64,000 bases of DNA from Phoronis australis (Eukaryota; Animalia; Phoronida): assembly GCA_002633005.1 (NCBI GenBank), contig NMRA01000057.1, positions 811,499 through 875,498 on the forward strand, in the 5' to 3' direction. The notes beneath the pieces were generated by a model. The model had not been told where the DNA came from. It worked only from the letters and a program-made list of their open reading frames with translations, and did not search any database. The position numbers and the translations under genes are program-made. The first letter of the stretch is position 1, and the number at the start of each line of letters is the position of its first letter. This document shows, piece after piece, positions 62,345 to 64,000 of the stretch.

Positions 62345-62760
62345 GAGTAATGGTCCTAATGAGATATATTACACACTGTACATGATAGACAGTAATCATC
62401 GTTATGAGATATATTGCACACTGTACATGACAGCAATGGTCATTATAAGTTATATTACACACTGCACATAATAGACAGAAATTGTCATAATGAAATATAT
62501 TACACGCTGTACATGACACCAATGGTCATAATGAGATATATTACACGCTGTACATGACACCAATGGTCATAATGAGATATATTGCACACTGTACATGACA
62601 CCAATGGTCATAATGAGATATATTGCACACTGTACATGATAGACAGCAATGGTTATAATGAGATATGTTGCACACTGTACATGATAGACAGTGATTCTAA
62701 GGAGTTATGCTTCACACTGTGCATGTTAGACAGCAATGGACATAATGAGATGTGTTAGGC
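62345..62760 (+). repeat. ~41-45-bp minisatellite (aatggtcataatgagatatattgcacactgtacatgacacc)
   Basis: About 9 tandem units. Confidence 0.9.
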
Positions 62761-63729
62761 ACAACTAAGATAATTATCATGGCCCTAATAACTTATGTTG
62801 CACTCCTCACACATTAAACATCAATGATTGATTACATAACCTCACATCTGTATATCACTAGCACACTAAGTCGCCATCTGTACAACATCACATCTGTTTA
62901 TCACAGTCGCACTAAGTTGCCATCTACATAACCTCACATGTCTATCACACTCACATAAGTGATAACTTTAGCCGTCATATACAACACTCACACAAGTGAT
63001 ATCTTTAGCTGCCACTTACATAAATTCAGAGATGTTTATCACATTCACTTAAGTGAGATTTTTAGTTGTCATCTACATGACATCACATGTTTTTATCACA
63101 CTCAGACAAGTGATGTGTTTAGTATAAGTTTATTGTCAGGAAACTAGGCCTACCTGGCCCGTGTTACAATTACAATCATAATACGTACAAACAGGTGAAG
63201 CACTGTCAATTATCTGAGCTGTGTTTACAAAATGATCAATTTGGAGACAACATTTTCAAAAATTTATCTTTAGCATTAGGGTTGTATAAATAGCTCTGCA
63301 GGAAGAAATCTTCTCAAGCTGTCAGAGTAACCACATTCTATTCATAAGTGGTATTCATTTTCAATACATGGTCTTACACAGAATGTACACAACATCGTAG
63401 ACCTTGGCTTGTTGCAATGCCTTCCTTTTTCAGTGAAAAAATTATGTGCTGAGCACTTCAGTCTGTTCATTTGTGTTCTAATTGCAATACTATCAATCAT
63501 ATCTAAGTAATCTTCATAGTATGTAATTTATTTTACGTATACGTTTCGAGTTTTGACGATTTATTTAAGAGATCAAGCATTATTGTTGCTGGTCAACATC
63601 CTTACATATCACTGTTTATAAATAAATGCAAGAACTGAGGTTCTGTTCCCATACCGTGTATAAATCAAGCTTTACTAAAACCAAGCGAGAGCAAAAGTTC
63701 CCTTCTACATAACATCACATCTGTCTGTC

Positions 63730-63902
63730 ACAGTCACACATGTGATACCTTCAGTTGTCCTATACAGTCACACATGTGATACCTTCAGTTGTCCTATACA
63801 GTCACACATGTGATACCTTCAGTTGTCCTATACAGTCACACATGTGATACCTTCAGTTGTCCTATACAGTCACACATGTGATACCTTCAGTTGTCCTATA
63901 CA
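63730..63902 (+). repeat. 34-bp tandem repeat x5 (acagtcacacatgtgataccttcagttgtcctat)
   Basis: Identical units; diverged relatives at ~62830-63120. Confidence 0.95.
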
Positions 63903-64000
63903 AACATCTCAGTCAAGTGGCACTGGCTTATCAAGTGCCAGTCAACCAACTTGAAAGGCCTTTCTTGAAATATTCTGTAGCTGTAACACTTTTCAAAATC

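Noticed and set aside
60872-63902. Regular repeats resembling a CRISPR array
   Set aside because: Head-to-tail units with no unique spacers, no cas genes, eukaryotic intron context.

Overview
Repeat-rich, intron-containing genomic DNA from an animal, probably a marine invertebrate (inferred from GT-AG spliced genes and the transposon types); N gaps at 3727-4482 and 14825-15443. I read three host genes by hand. (1) Minus strand, 555-3726: exons of a protein with an IgGFc-binding (FCGBP N-terminal) domain followed by exon-modular DNDCDG/DNDGDG acidic-Cys repeats; one donor is GC. (2) Plus strand, 28784-~40304: a signal-peptide-bearing immunoglobulin-superfamily protein whose first Ig-like domain lacks the canonical cysteines. 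(3) Plus strand, 48272->62318: cytosolic alanyl-tRNA synthetase (AARS1), 11 coding exons, 554 codons, continuing past the window. Between and inside them lie an Academ-type transposon (TAG..CTA ends, ATT TSD, ~590-bp TIRs, XPG-like remnant), an ISL2EU-like element (AT TSD, spliced THAP and SWIM remnants), two Kolobok-like elements pairing THAP with a P2X7-C-terminus-like Cys-rich ORF, a foldback element, LINE and Penelope remnants, Helentron-like interspersed elements, MITEs and many minisatellites. All family assignments come from motif recognition by eye; no database search was run.
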